Shown here: positions 12,532 through 23,689 of the stretch, in pieces | How the letters are laid out: each line of letters starts with the position of its first letter | Numbering within the stretch: the stretch's first letter is position 1 | Source of the DNA: Marsupella aquatica | Lineage: Eukaryota > Plantae > Marchantiophyta | NCBI GenBank assembly: GCA_973895155.1 | Contig: OZ316893.1 | Coordinates: 24,045,520-24,109,519, forward strand | DNA: 64,000 nt | Direction of reading: 5' to 3' | Made by a program: the position numbers and the translations under genes | The notes under the pieces: model-generated | Told to the model about the DNA's origin: nothing | Database searches by the model: none | Seen by the model: the letters and a program-made list of their open reading frames with translations, nothing else

Positions 12532-13854
12532 ATGGCGGCATCCTGCTCGGAGGTCTCCCGATTGTCTTACGAAGGAGGTTATTCTGCTGAGGTACATTTC
12601 GAGTCAAGTAAGGCGATTGGAAGGCCTTCTGCTACTTCAAAGCGTTCAAGGCAAGACAAGAATGACCGGTGTTTGTGGTCGAAGTTGGATACCGAATTGT
12701 GGAATATGCTGGACGACGACTTGGTGGAGAAGATTATTGCAAGGCTGCCATTCAAATCTGTTTTTCGAGCTGCATCACTATCAAAAACCTGGTATTCTAA
12801 GTTTCTCGCACATTCATTCCAGAACGAGGTACACGAGTCAACGGCATCCTGGAAATCATACTCTCCATTATTCGTTAACAATTACATGGAGATGATAGGC
12901 TACGATAATGTTTCTAAAGTTTGGCATAAACTTCCAACACTCTCGTACCTTCCAGTTGAAGCTGTTGACTGGAATCTAAGGGCCGGAGGTGGATCTCTTT
13001 TGTGTTGGACATCCGCCGACCAGAAGATGCTAAAAGATCCTTATAACAACTTTTGTGACGTGGAATATCAGGTTTACGTCTCAAATCCATTGACCAGGCG
13101 TTGGAAACAACTACCCAAACGTCCAGTGATGCGATGCCCTCACGTTGTGCATGTCGTTTGTCAAGGGAGTAAAGCTTACCAGGTGATTCTGGTTTCAGAG
13201 ATTGGCCGACCAGGCCACCCCAAAAGTGCCCTATGTGTACAGATTTTCGACTCAGCCTCTGGCTGTTGGACAGTGAAACACCACAGTACCGGGATGTTTT
13301 TAGACGTGGCTTGGGCTTGCAGTGCTTACATGGATGGAGTTCTATACATGTTGGGAAGAACAGATGGATACAGCTTGACTTCTTTCAACGTGCAAGATGA
13401 GACCTGGAAACATATTCCACACGTATGCCAAGGGAAGGTTGGGAGTTCGTCTGTAAATGAGGACCCAAATCCACACCTGCGGTTCCATGACTTCCGTTTT
13501 TCCCAAGTAGTAGTCTGTGGCTCTGATGTGATGCTGGTTGTACTCCGCAAAGACAAGCTTTCTGTCTTTAGACTCGACCTCAAAGCTGGATTGGCTTTCG
13601 AGGTGTCACGAGCACCCAGTGAAATGCTCTGGGCTGTACATTTCTGCACTGCTGCTGGTCAAGGTGATTGTATATACATTGGTCGTCGTTGTCCGTCTTT
13701 CCGATCAATACTTTACAATGTGAGGGCTCAGGAGTGGCAGTGGGTTCCTTCCGTCACAGGCAGACCCAAGTCTGCTGTTGATTCCCTCTATGATTATTGG
13801 CTGTGGACGTCCATCACATACCAGCCTGGTTTGAATCCTTTCGTCGAAGTTTGA
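12532..13854 (+). CDS. Intronless F-box protein with kelch/FBA-like C-terminal domain (440 aa)
   Basis: First ATG is at 12532 (the ORF track start at 12514 is GTG). F-box motif LWNMLDDDLVEKIIARLPFKSVFRAASLSKTW, followed by the typical plant F-box motifs AGGGSLLC, VYVSNPLTRRWKQLP and QIFDSASGCW. Confidence 0.92.
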   Translation: MAASCSEVSRLSYEGGYSAEVHFESSKAIGRPSATSKRSRQDKNDRCLWSKLDTELWNMLDDDLVEKIIARLPFKSVFRAASLSKTWYSKFLAHSFQNEVHESTASWKSYSPLFVNNYMEMIGYDNVSKVWHKLPTLSYLPVEAVDWNLRAGGGSLLCWTSADQKMLKDPYNNFCDVEYQVYVSNPLTRRWKQLPKRPVMRCPHVVHVVCQGSKAYQVILVSEIGRPGHPKSALCVQIFDSASGCWTVKHHSTGMFLDVAWACSAYMDGVLYMLGRTDGYSLTSFNVQDETWKHIPHVCQGKVGSSSVNEDPNPHLRFHDFRFSQVVVCGSDVMLVVLRKDKLSVFRLDLKAGLAFEVSRAPSEMLWAVHFCTAAGQGDCIYIGRRCPSFRSILYNVRAQEWQWVPSVTGRPKSAVDSLYDYWLWTSITYQPGLNPFVEV

Positions 13855-16063
13855 TTCTTCCAGTTGGTTACTTCCAGGACCAATCCACCGAGTCTGAGTA
13901 GGTAGACAGGCATTGCCAGATTTTCTGGCTTGGGATAGTCTCATCGCTCTAAATGAAATATTTCAGGCATCAGGTTCCTTCGTTGACTCCGGTCAATGTG
14001 GCTGCACGTGTACCAGTGATCGTCATTCCTCCTATCGGCCAAGTTTTCATTGAGTGGGCACAGAAGTGTGTAGACCCTCTCTACAAATAGGCAGATTTTG
14101 TTGGTACTGGGTTGGGTCAGTGGCTATGGACATCTCGACAACTTACCACCGTGGTTCCAATCATTACTGGAAGCTCCATTCTACAGGGCTTCGCTCGTCA
14201 CCAATAGTAAGGAGATCCTTGGAGCAACCGACGTAAGCTTTCCTACTTTGCTACCCCACAATTTTATCTAGTCCTTGTATATGCAGGGCATTGACCAACA
14301 GGTGGCGTAAAGGTAAGCAGTAACTAAATTCACACCACTTTGTCCTTTATAGTGATGCTCCGTTGGTCTATTTTATTTCGGAATATTTGTTTGATTTATT
14401 TAACTGCTGGTTAAGCCATGATTTTTGGTTCCATGTAAAGAAGTTTGTGGTCTCGCTTTCTCCGTTTGCAGAGCTTCTGATTTTGAAGCTTTTTAATCAA
14501 GCGAGAAGCTGAGGGCTGGAGAGGCACCTTTCAGCAAGTAGAGACGCTCACGTGTCTCTCCTACCTCATAAAGGTTGTCTGACAAGGCTGACAGTGATGG
14601 TGTGGGAGGACGATTGATTGTGTCCATATTCTTTTGGTGTCTCTTACGAGCTTTCGGTGTTTAAGGTCAGGAAAAGATATGTACAGGCTATTTGAGGCAA
14701 GTTTTAGGGCCAGTAGTGTGCTGGGTTGCCATGCATTGGCGAATAGTTACAACCTTCGTTTTTTTAGATTCTGCATAACTTATCACGTTCTCACAGCATC
14801 TTTTTGTTTGTTTGTTTGTGTTATGTATTTCTGGTATAATCGTATTGCATTATTCTATTATGTCCTACAGCTGCTGTGTCTTGCAGTTGTGTAATGATGC
14901 AATAGTAGTAATGTTTATGGAACGAAGGTTTGCCCTCCCTTTGTGAGTAACGGACTCCACCTCTCTTGTGAATTGCATTTCTCTGGTTAACTTTCGCGTT
15001 CCCAGTGATCGTCCGTTTTCCTAACGTGTGGTTTGTAGCCTAATCATCAATCTTTTCCTGGAATCTGGGTGCTACGCGTTGCGTTTTTGTAATTTACTGA
15101 TATGGAGTCGGGAAGCTTGGAACGAGTCTGGACAGTGAAGTGCTTGTCTCTTTTTCCTCTTCGAGGCTGCCAGCAAAGGATACCTGATTATCTGATACCT
15201 TGGTGAAATCTATAGTAGTGAGAAGCTCTAACTAGTGAACAGACCCAATGCTTTGTGAAATGCTCAAGCTACTTTGTGATTGAACTGTGTAGGACTGACA
15301 CTATCATCAAGAACCACCATCGAGTATCTCTATCCAAATGTGCACATGCTCACACTAATGCGCTATTTTTTCCGAAAGCTCGAACCTCAGACTTAAGAAA
15401 GTGACCGGATTTGGGTATTGTTCAACGTGGTTCACTTGCGGGAAAAGGAATCTAATACTGCGAGGTTGTCACTAACTTATGGCTGCTTTAAACTGCTGAA
15501 CGTCGTGCCAAGTGCTATACTCAACCAATGAACAATGGAATTGGGCGTACAGCCATTTTGTAAATCGTGGAATATGTAGCCTGCACCTTCTTGGGATGGC
15601 CGTGTAACTGTACTAGAGACGGATGAACGACCTTTGTTCAGCCATGCCTGGGACACAATCATGACTAACGAAAGAGCGAAGTTCAGCGACGAGCCAGGCC
15701 TGATCCCAGAGGTGGCTTTGGTAATTCCATGGTGCCGGTCACTCGCAACTGAGAATCTTGGCCTTTCAGGAATCAGGAAAAGCCTATCGCAAACTCTCTT
15801 TCTATCATGGGGACCAGCTAACTTCCCAAAAGTGTGGCGAACCTCCTGTGAACAAGCACTGACCCGTGAACATTATAGATCACAGTCCAGGATGTTGGCT
15901 CGGAGAAGAATTCTACGTGCCGTACTTAATGTGGCCAGTTTGGCGGAGTCTACTGTTGTTTACCTCGGATCCAGAGTGGGTTGAGTGCAGTCTCTTAGTT
16001 GAATTAGTGAGGATTAGTTTATTCTTCATTCTCACTTCTGGAGCAGAGGTTAGAACACTGCAA

Positions 16064-16437
16064 AAGGAAGGTTCTGGTAGGTGGGGTTTGAAAACATCTA
16101 ACTTAACTGATAAAATTGCAGAATAAGGGTGTTGGTAGGAGGGGATCGAGGACATCTCCGAATGTTAAGAAAGGAATAACTCCACAAAATAAGGGTGTTG
16201 GTAGGAGGGGATTCAGGACATCTCGGAATATTAAGAAAGGAATAACTCCACAAAATAAGGGTGTTGGTAGGAGGGGATTGAGTCCATCTCGGAATACTAA
16301 GAAAGTAATAACTCTACCAAGAAAATTGGAAAGGAAAGGTTTTGGTAGTAGGGTTTGAGTACATCTAACTTTACTAATAAGATTGCAAAATAAGGGTATT
16401 GGTAGGAGGGGTTTGAGAACATCTCCGAGCACTAAGA
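16064..16437. repeat. 66-bp tandem repeat (x3) within a larger direct repeat
   Basis: aataagggtgttggtaggagggg at 16122, 16188 and 16254, with a variant at 16389. The block at about 16064-16170 recurs at about 16331-16437. Confidence 0.85.
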
Positions 16438-19127
16438 CCTACTAAGAACGGTCAAAAGTTTTCTTGACATCTACATGCAACTCGTGTGGAAGTGAAGACA
16501 CAATACCCTCCAACCCGGGAATTTCAGGGAAGCTTATTCAAACTCTCAGCAGGACAAGAGTTTACCTGAGGAAAGATAAAGGCCATGTGCAGATTCTTCT
16601 TCCAAACTGGCTGAGTTTACGACTTTGAGGATATAGTAAAAGGACTGATATAGCCAAGTCAGCCCCTATTGCACTGAGCAATCCTGGCAAGCGAGTACAC
16701 GTTGCACCTTCTCAACTTGAGGCAGCATTTACAAGCTGTGCGAAGGATGTGTGAGAGTAAATTATAATCCCTGGACACTTTTGAGCAAGCTGTTCATCGC
16801 ACATGTTTGGGTCTAGCATTCATTGGGGTCATCATCAAGATAAGGAAAATAGTGCCTAGATGCTGGCAGAAATCTTTGACAGGCAATGACAATGATGAGT
16901 CTACTTCCTCACAGTATTATGTCTGTAAACCTCTCTATTTCCGTATAGATTGGGTGAAACTCGGTCTCAGGGAGGACTCTGAGTCTGAATTTGAACAAGT
17001 TTTAAAATGCCATGCTTGTTTTGATCAGTTTACGTCCTTAAGCTGTTATTGTCAGTTCCTTACAATCAGGCTTCAGTTTACAGGGTGTCTGACAATGTCC
17101 ACCTTGCTGTGCAGGGTTTCTACAACACCTTCTGTTTCTTTCGGTAAGTCCACCTTTCTGAGATCAAAGGCATGACAACAAGAATGAGGTGGATTGGTGA
17201 CTTATTGCTCTTGTTCCCTGAGGTCCTCATAGTCTCATGCAGCCCCATTGTGTTTATCAATCATCACATATTCACACGAGGCTCTAGCTACTAATTGTAC
17301 CACTCCATTCTCTGTCCATTATACATGACATCAACAAGATACTAACACTGAGAAGAACACCCAAAATTGAGTGCACAGACTTATCCAGGCTTTGTAAGTT
17401 CAAATTATCTTCGTGCTACTATAGAGGGCTCAAAACATTCACTATTTTGCCAAGGGTCCAGGGTCTGGTAGTAGGGCCTATAGTATTTGTTTTTCCATGA
17501 TACTCCTATGCAATTTACTAAGCTTTACCAAGCTGGACTTTCATGCTTTTTAGCCCAATCTCAGTGGCCTCATTCTAAAGGGGATTTCATAACATGTTTA
17601 ACATTTTTAGTTATTAAACACTCTAGAAAACAGAAAAAAAATTCAAATCATTTTTCTATTGCGATCTTAGAATATTTTTAGAATATTTAAATATACCAAT
17701 ATTTTTTGTATAGAAATTTAAAAATATTTTTCTCATTCCAATAAACAAATTCTATATTATTTTCTTGTATGGATAGAAAAATAAATAAGGACCCCAGGGC
17801 CCAATGCTATTCAAGGGTTTTTTTCTTTATTTTCTCTTCTTTATTGGGTGTTGCAGTCTTTGTGAAAATTGATATTTTATGTTCTTTGGGGATGTGATAT
17901 ATACATATATAAACTTAGTACTTGACAATGTGGTAAATATAGGACATTATTAATTTAGGACCTGATCTCAGTTGCATGTGATGCCACACTCATATACTCT
18001 CATTCGTTTGCAATGCCAATACAATAATCAATTGGCCAGGGATTGGGCCTTTGGGCTAGCAGTCTGAGATCATGGAGTACGTGATGGTGGACCAAGTGCC
18101 ATACATTTATCTAGTGTGATGATTTCTTTTTGTGTCAAAATAAGGTAAGATAATAATCAATGAAAATTAAAACCCAGTTGAAATTCCAAGTTTGCCAAAA
18201 TACTCAGATACATGTTTGCAACCTGGATGGATTTTAGGGAAGCTTTATTTTGTGCTCATATAGTCTTGCACTCCCTGTTCTTGCACAAAAGGGAGGGATG
18301 CCCTCAGCTTTGAGTGATGGAGTAATTTTCAGAATTTCACAAGCCACTTCCATTGAGGAGCTATTGAATGTCAACCTGTGCATCTTTACAAACATCCAGG
18401 AGAACATTGCACTAACGACCCAACCAAGTCAGTTTGGGAAACCAAAACCAATGCACAAATCCTTGGGCAATGACTGGCCCATCCTACACGGATACCCTTT
18501 TTCTGGCTGTCGTGAAAATGGCTTTAAAACACACAATAATTCATAATCATGGTGAGCAAATATACACTTTGTTCCAAGCAAAGGACCTTGGTAGTTAGCC
18601 ACTTGAAGGGAACACAATGCTCGATTGGAGTTGCTCCGAGGGTTTGTTCAAACCTAGAGGGGACGAACCAGCAGTGTGATTCTAATTAGATTGACAAATT
18701 AGGAACCACATCCCAGTTAGAATCAAGAATTAGTGACACAAGTGCTTGCAAGCATCTTCAGCCTATGCAACTGATTGGTGTCACAATATATTAAAAGAGA
18801 TGTCAATTGTCATGTCCACTGGTTTTCCAGGAAGGTCGGTAATTATGGTCCCAACGTTTGTAAAGGTCATATTTGTCACGCACACGAATGAAGAGGCTTG
18901 TTTTACCCACCACTTTTTTGGCCAAATCTTCACGATGTACTTAGATTCACATGTTCTGTGTGACAGGATGGCGAAGTCCTGGCTGCATGACTCATCATTA
19001 AGGCACAGCCCTCCTACTCTGCTGGGATTTAACAAATTCGCAAGAAAAACTTCTTCGTAAGGAAGAGGAAGCAGCTGTTAGCGCCGCTAGCGGACCAGAA
19101 AGTAGTATCGTCTTTACAATCGTGCCT

Positions 19128-20638
19128 CTAATTCAATTCAGATGCTTCAGACCGTCGTCTTTTTTTCTTGGAAGGTTTCTCCACATCCAGCAGGGACCCA
19201 TGGTCTTTCTCGGAGGTCAATCCGCTGGTTGTTTGTTCAGGCTCTGTTACACCAACGTTTGAAACACACAATCTCAAGTCAGTTGAAGCCTCAATCCCCT
19301 GCCATTTGAACAGAATTTTCCTCCATTTTGTGTTTATTTGAATATGCAGAGAGCTCCAGATTGGATGTGGATAGACCTAGTGTAACTCACCTCTGGCACG
19401 GTGGTGAGGATTATCCTCATTTGGTTCTTGCAGCGATTTCACAAAGGCCATTTGGCAAGCTATCTTCCTGACTGCATGCCACATATAGGGTTACTGGTGT
19501 CACTGGCAAGAGATAATTACAAGTGTATCAAAGTTGCACCTTGATAGCCGTCATTTTGAAACCAAATTGACTTGCATGTGGCATTGATAATGATAAGCCC
19601 CCTGTTCGTGTTGGTTCATATCCCCTACACTTAAGATTTACGAATTCAGGAAGTCGTCAGCAAGAGTAGAGGAAGCTAAGAAACAGTAATCTGATACCAA
19701 TAAAACCTAGGACAAATACTCGAAGGGGTTGTGTCTGAACGGGTCAGGATCCCCTGGTATGTAAACGAGGCATCAGATGCCAAGATCCGTAGACCTTAAA
19801 CGTTCTTTCTTTTTGTGGCAATGATACAACATACCCCATAGATCCTTCTTTTTAAGTCCAAGTTGAAATTCATTGTCAGGACGTTCGTGAAGGAAGCGCA
19901 CCTACAAATGGATTCGCACCATCGGGGATGAAGGCATAAGGTTGCAGCGTCTGAACTTTGCCGTACTTCACAATATTGTACTCCTCTCCTGTATGTCACA
20001 GAAAAATGAATTAAAACTTAGCAGAGAGCTCAAGTTGAACTAGTACCCTCCACGGTAAATTCAATTGACAATAACTCAGTGTACTTATACCCCGCAGGTG
20101 CATTCATGCTTGCAAGTATCCAACAATCTACACCTAACAAACGATCACCACCAGATCACAAATTGAGCCAAATCTTACAAAAGAGAGAAAGACTAGAGGG
20201 TACACCGACTAGGACTGACCTTGGGAGTTAGGGAAATGCCCAACTATTCCTTCCAGAGCATTGGCGTTGATTTTCAAGTTTTTTTCCACAAGATCAGCCG
20301 GCCCTATCTGCAAAAAGTAGATTTCCATTTGAACTCAGTCTTAGGAAGAGCCTCATACACAAATTTAGAGGAACATCTGTGTTCCAAGGATACAGCAGAC
20401 TACATTTGTGCCCTAGAAACCGACAGAATCTCGGACAACACTCCGAGCAGCACAAAGAGGAGAACGGGCAGCTTGGTAGAGATATCGAGAAGCACAAGAT
20501 GCTGACCTCATTAGCGGGAATTCGAATGAGCCAGAGCTCCGTACTTTCATCGGCAGCCTCCTGCACAACCGGGGGCAACTTCTCGACTTCCTGAAAGTGC
20601 TCTGGTGGCTGATAGGCATTCAAAATCGTTTCCTTCAT
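19128..20638 (-). CDS. RNA polymerase I subunit RPA34.5-like / mediator-associated protein 2-like (167 aa). Exons 20638-20507, 20307-20220, 19988-19902, 19471-19391, 19243-19128
   Basis: GT-AG introns join MKETILNAYQPPEHF...STELWLIRIPANE / IGPADLVEKNLKINANALEGIVGHFPNSQG / EEYNIVKYG...AFIPDGANPFV / VRKIACQMAFVKSLQEP... / ...PSKKKRRRSEASELN*. YxPPxxF and ELWLI match this family as recalled. The C-terminus is a basic NLS-like stretch. Confidence 0.8.
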
Positions 20639-20646
20639 GATGGCAG

Positions 20647-20753
20647 TCTGTCTGTCTCTCAGTATCCTTCTACTGTTTCCAGTGTCTGCTGTCTGTCTCT
20701 CAGTATCCTTCTGCTGTCTTCAGTGTCTGCTGTCTATCTCTCCGTGTCCTTCT
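20647..20753. repeat. 41-bp tandem repeat (about 2.6 copies) immediately upstream of the RPA34-like ATG
   Basis: ctctcagtatccttct.ctgt.t.cagtgtctgctgtct recurs with period 41 (agtatcc at 20661 and 20702, cgtgtcc at 20743). Confidence 0.85.
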
Positions 20754-20845
20754 GGCTGCACTGAGAGTTTATCCCTCCCCACAACCCTCACGTCATGACC
20801 CGCCCACCTCCCTACATTTCTTCTCGACTAGCAAGCTCTCGCCTG

Positions 20846-20890
20846 CTCCTCCTCCTCCTCCTCCTCCTCCTCCTCCTCCTCCTCCTCCTC
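20846..20890. repeat. (CTC)15 microsatellite
   Basis: Perfect ctc run. Confidence 0.95.
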
Positions 20891-22255
20891 AATTTATTCT
20901 CCTCTTGCACCAAGCAAAATTATTCTCCTACACAACTCGCGTCCTCATCGTCTATGAACTCCATGTCCATTTCTATCCCTAATAATAAATTCACATGGGA
21001 CAAGTACTACTTGCATACATGTGCATTGCAGTATGAAAATCGCTTCCCATCGTCGATCTCCACTGGCATAATTTTCTTTACGCGCTTCTGTGCGCTCTCC
21101 CCATCCCCTCTCCTTTCTCCTCAAAGCCCTACGGTACCAGAAAGTCTGACTCTTCCACCCTATGACGATTTGCAAACATACACCACCCCCACACAGTTTA
21201 GAGTAGAGAAGTCGGTCGCCACTGATGTGCGTGGGTGCTCAGGGAAAAGACGTCGTCGAGATGGGGCACAGATGACACTCTCTCTATCTATCTTACAGAA
21301 TCTCGTTTTCGTCCTCAGGACTCCTGCTGCTGCTGCTGATCATCATCAACCCTTCTTCTCAGCCCGCATTCATTCATTCATTCCTGTTTTTCTGTTCCAT
21401 GCCAATTGCACATCCTGAACCTGCTCGCTCGCTGGCTCGTCGTGCACTACCTGCATCTGCCCCTTTTGCCTGACTCTCCCAGATCGATGCTCGGCTTGCT
21501 GTAAATGTGTGTACACTACACTACAACACAAGCACCTGTGCGTGCACGCACAAGCGAACAAACGATCAGAACGTCGAGCTCTCGTGAACGCAACATAACA
21601 AAATCCAGGTACCACGAAACTCGCTTTCCCACTTGCAGCGAACCAAGCCTCACAAGGCGCTCAAAAAGTCAAAATTTCTCCTCAAGAAGCAGCCTCACCT
21701 TCCAGCGTTCAAAAAACTCTCTCTCGCTCCTCCCCATCCTTCCCACATCTCCAATCCCTCCCTCCCTCCCTCCGTCCATCTGTCCTTCCTCTCTCCCATC
21801 CCTCCGTCCCTCTCTCCCTCTCTACCTCAGCCACTCACTCCAGCTCAAGAATAGACATGAACGTACCTACAAAAAAAACCACAAACCGCGAGCTTCAAGC
21901 TGCGGATTGAGATTCCAGAAAATGCCGTTCCGCACACGACGACCCTGTCCTGCAGCAACGGTCGAAGTGTAGATTACTGAATTGCAGCACCAAAGGACAC
22001 GGATTCCTGAAGCTGCAGGCGGTCGAAGCTAAAGCTGCTGTGCAGATCACAACCCTCGCCACGGTTGAAGCTGTGCAGATCACAACCCTCGCAGCGGTTG
22101 AAGCTGTGCAGCTCCAAGAATGACAGAAACTGCAGTGTCCTTAAACCCTACAAAACCCACATGACGGAGCTTTAACGACGGCAACACACGACGCGTGCAG
22201 CTTGCGACGACGGGACAGAACGACGGCGCTCCTTCGTGTTTTTGTCTTTTCTCCC

Positions 22256-22468
22256 CATGCCTTGAAAAGTGATTTTCATATCAAGAGTTTTACCCAAGAA
22301 ATCCCGTTCTCTCTTTCATGGAGTTACGTGGATGAAACTGCTATATGGTGAATCCATCTTACATGCCTTGAAAAGTGATTTTCATATCAAGAGTTTTACA
22401 CAAGAAATCCCGTTCTCTCTTTCATGGAGTTACGTGGATGAAACTGCTATATGGTGAATGCATCTTAT
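22256..22468. repeat. 106-bp near-perfect tandem duplication, with a partial third copy at about 22998-23057
   Basis: catgccttgaaaagtgattttcatatcaagagtttta.. at 22256 and 22362. caagaaatcccgttctc..ctttcatggagtt.cgtgga recurs at about 23018. Confidence 0.9.
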
Positions 22469-23689
22469 AGTGTGTATTTTAATTCAATGTGTCTTACCAA
22501 GGTGCATTCCTTTGTATACTTTAGATTTTGAATTTAATCTGGCACCCCTCTAAATTTTTCAATCTCTGCTATACTTTTGATCATCCACTATTTAACAAAG
22601 CTCAGGGAAGTTCTAGCCATCAGTGAAGAAGAAATGATCTAATTAAAGTGCACTCCTCATGTCTTTAAGTTCTACTCATGGTTTTGTGTCTTAAATTTAT
22701 GGTTTTAATTCATTTGAGTGTCATTACCTAAGATAAGTACATAAGTATCTTTACTGGTGTATAGTATGTGCAAAACCCAATACCATAGACTTAAATTTTT
22801 CCTGTTCATTATTATTTTTATTTAAATGTGTACTTTTATTCTTGTACCTTATGTGCACAACTTTTCAATGTCACGCTTCCTAATCAATGTCCTATGTATA
22901 TAGGCCACAAAAAAATTAGATCACCTCTATTTCACTAAAAAACTTAAACTTTTTGCTAGAGGATAAAATAACTTTTCATGTTCCAAGATGAGTATGCTAT
23001 ATCAAGAGAAAAGCACCCAAGAAATCCCGTTCTCATCTTTCATGGAGTTCCGTGGACAACCCAGCAGATAAGTGCACTGCCTTAATTAGCAAGTGTAGGG
23101 ATAAAACGTTAAGAAAGAGATAATAGAATCTGAAAAAAAATTGAACACGATATGAGGACTAGCTCTTTTTGGCTTTTTGGTCTCTTTTCTTGTTCCCTCT
23201 TGATTGGGATTTTGGTCTGTGGGATCAGGTCAGCCTATTTTTTAAGTGCAAATTTTAGCCACATTTCACTTCCCCAAAAAACTTTCGCCACTTTTGGCTA
23301 GTATTCACTACATTTTTTTACACCATTAGCCACTCTTCCACCAAATCATGGACCCCATTAGCCAGAATCTAACAGTCCTCTTTAACTCTAGGGATTTCTG
23401 ACGGTCACAATTTAATTCAGTAAAATCTGACAGAATATTTTTAGAATCTCCTCCCTTCGAGAAGCAAACATTCACCACATTGGCTAAAAATTAAAAAACC
23501 TTAAAAAATACACTGGATCAGGTCTTCTGTTGAGCCCCCCTGCTCTTTGGCAGTTTGAGATATACTAGGATACTATGGTAGTAGACTAAGAAGGGTTGAA
23601 AAACCTGAACAACTTGAAAAGAAAATTACAAGTGTGAATTAATTCGAACACACATGGCCTAGACTGATTGACATAAAGATACTTGGTAA

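Noticed and set aside
20795-21418. 207-aa ORF with poly-Leu, resembling a signal peptide
   Set aside because: Product of the (CTC)15 microsatellite, antisense to the presumed 5' leader of the RPA34-like gene.
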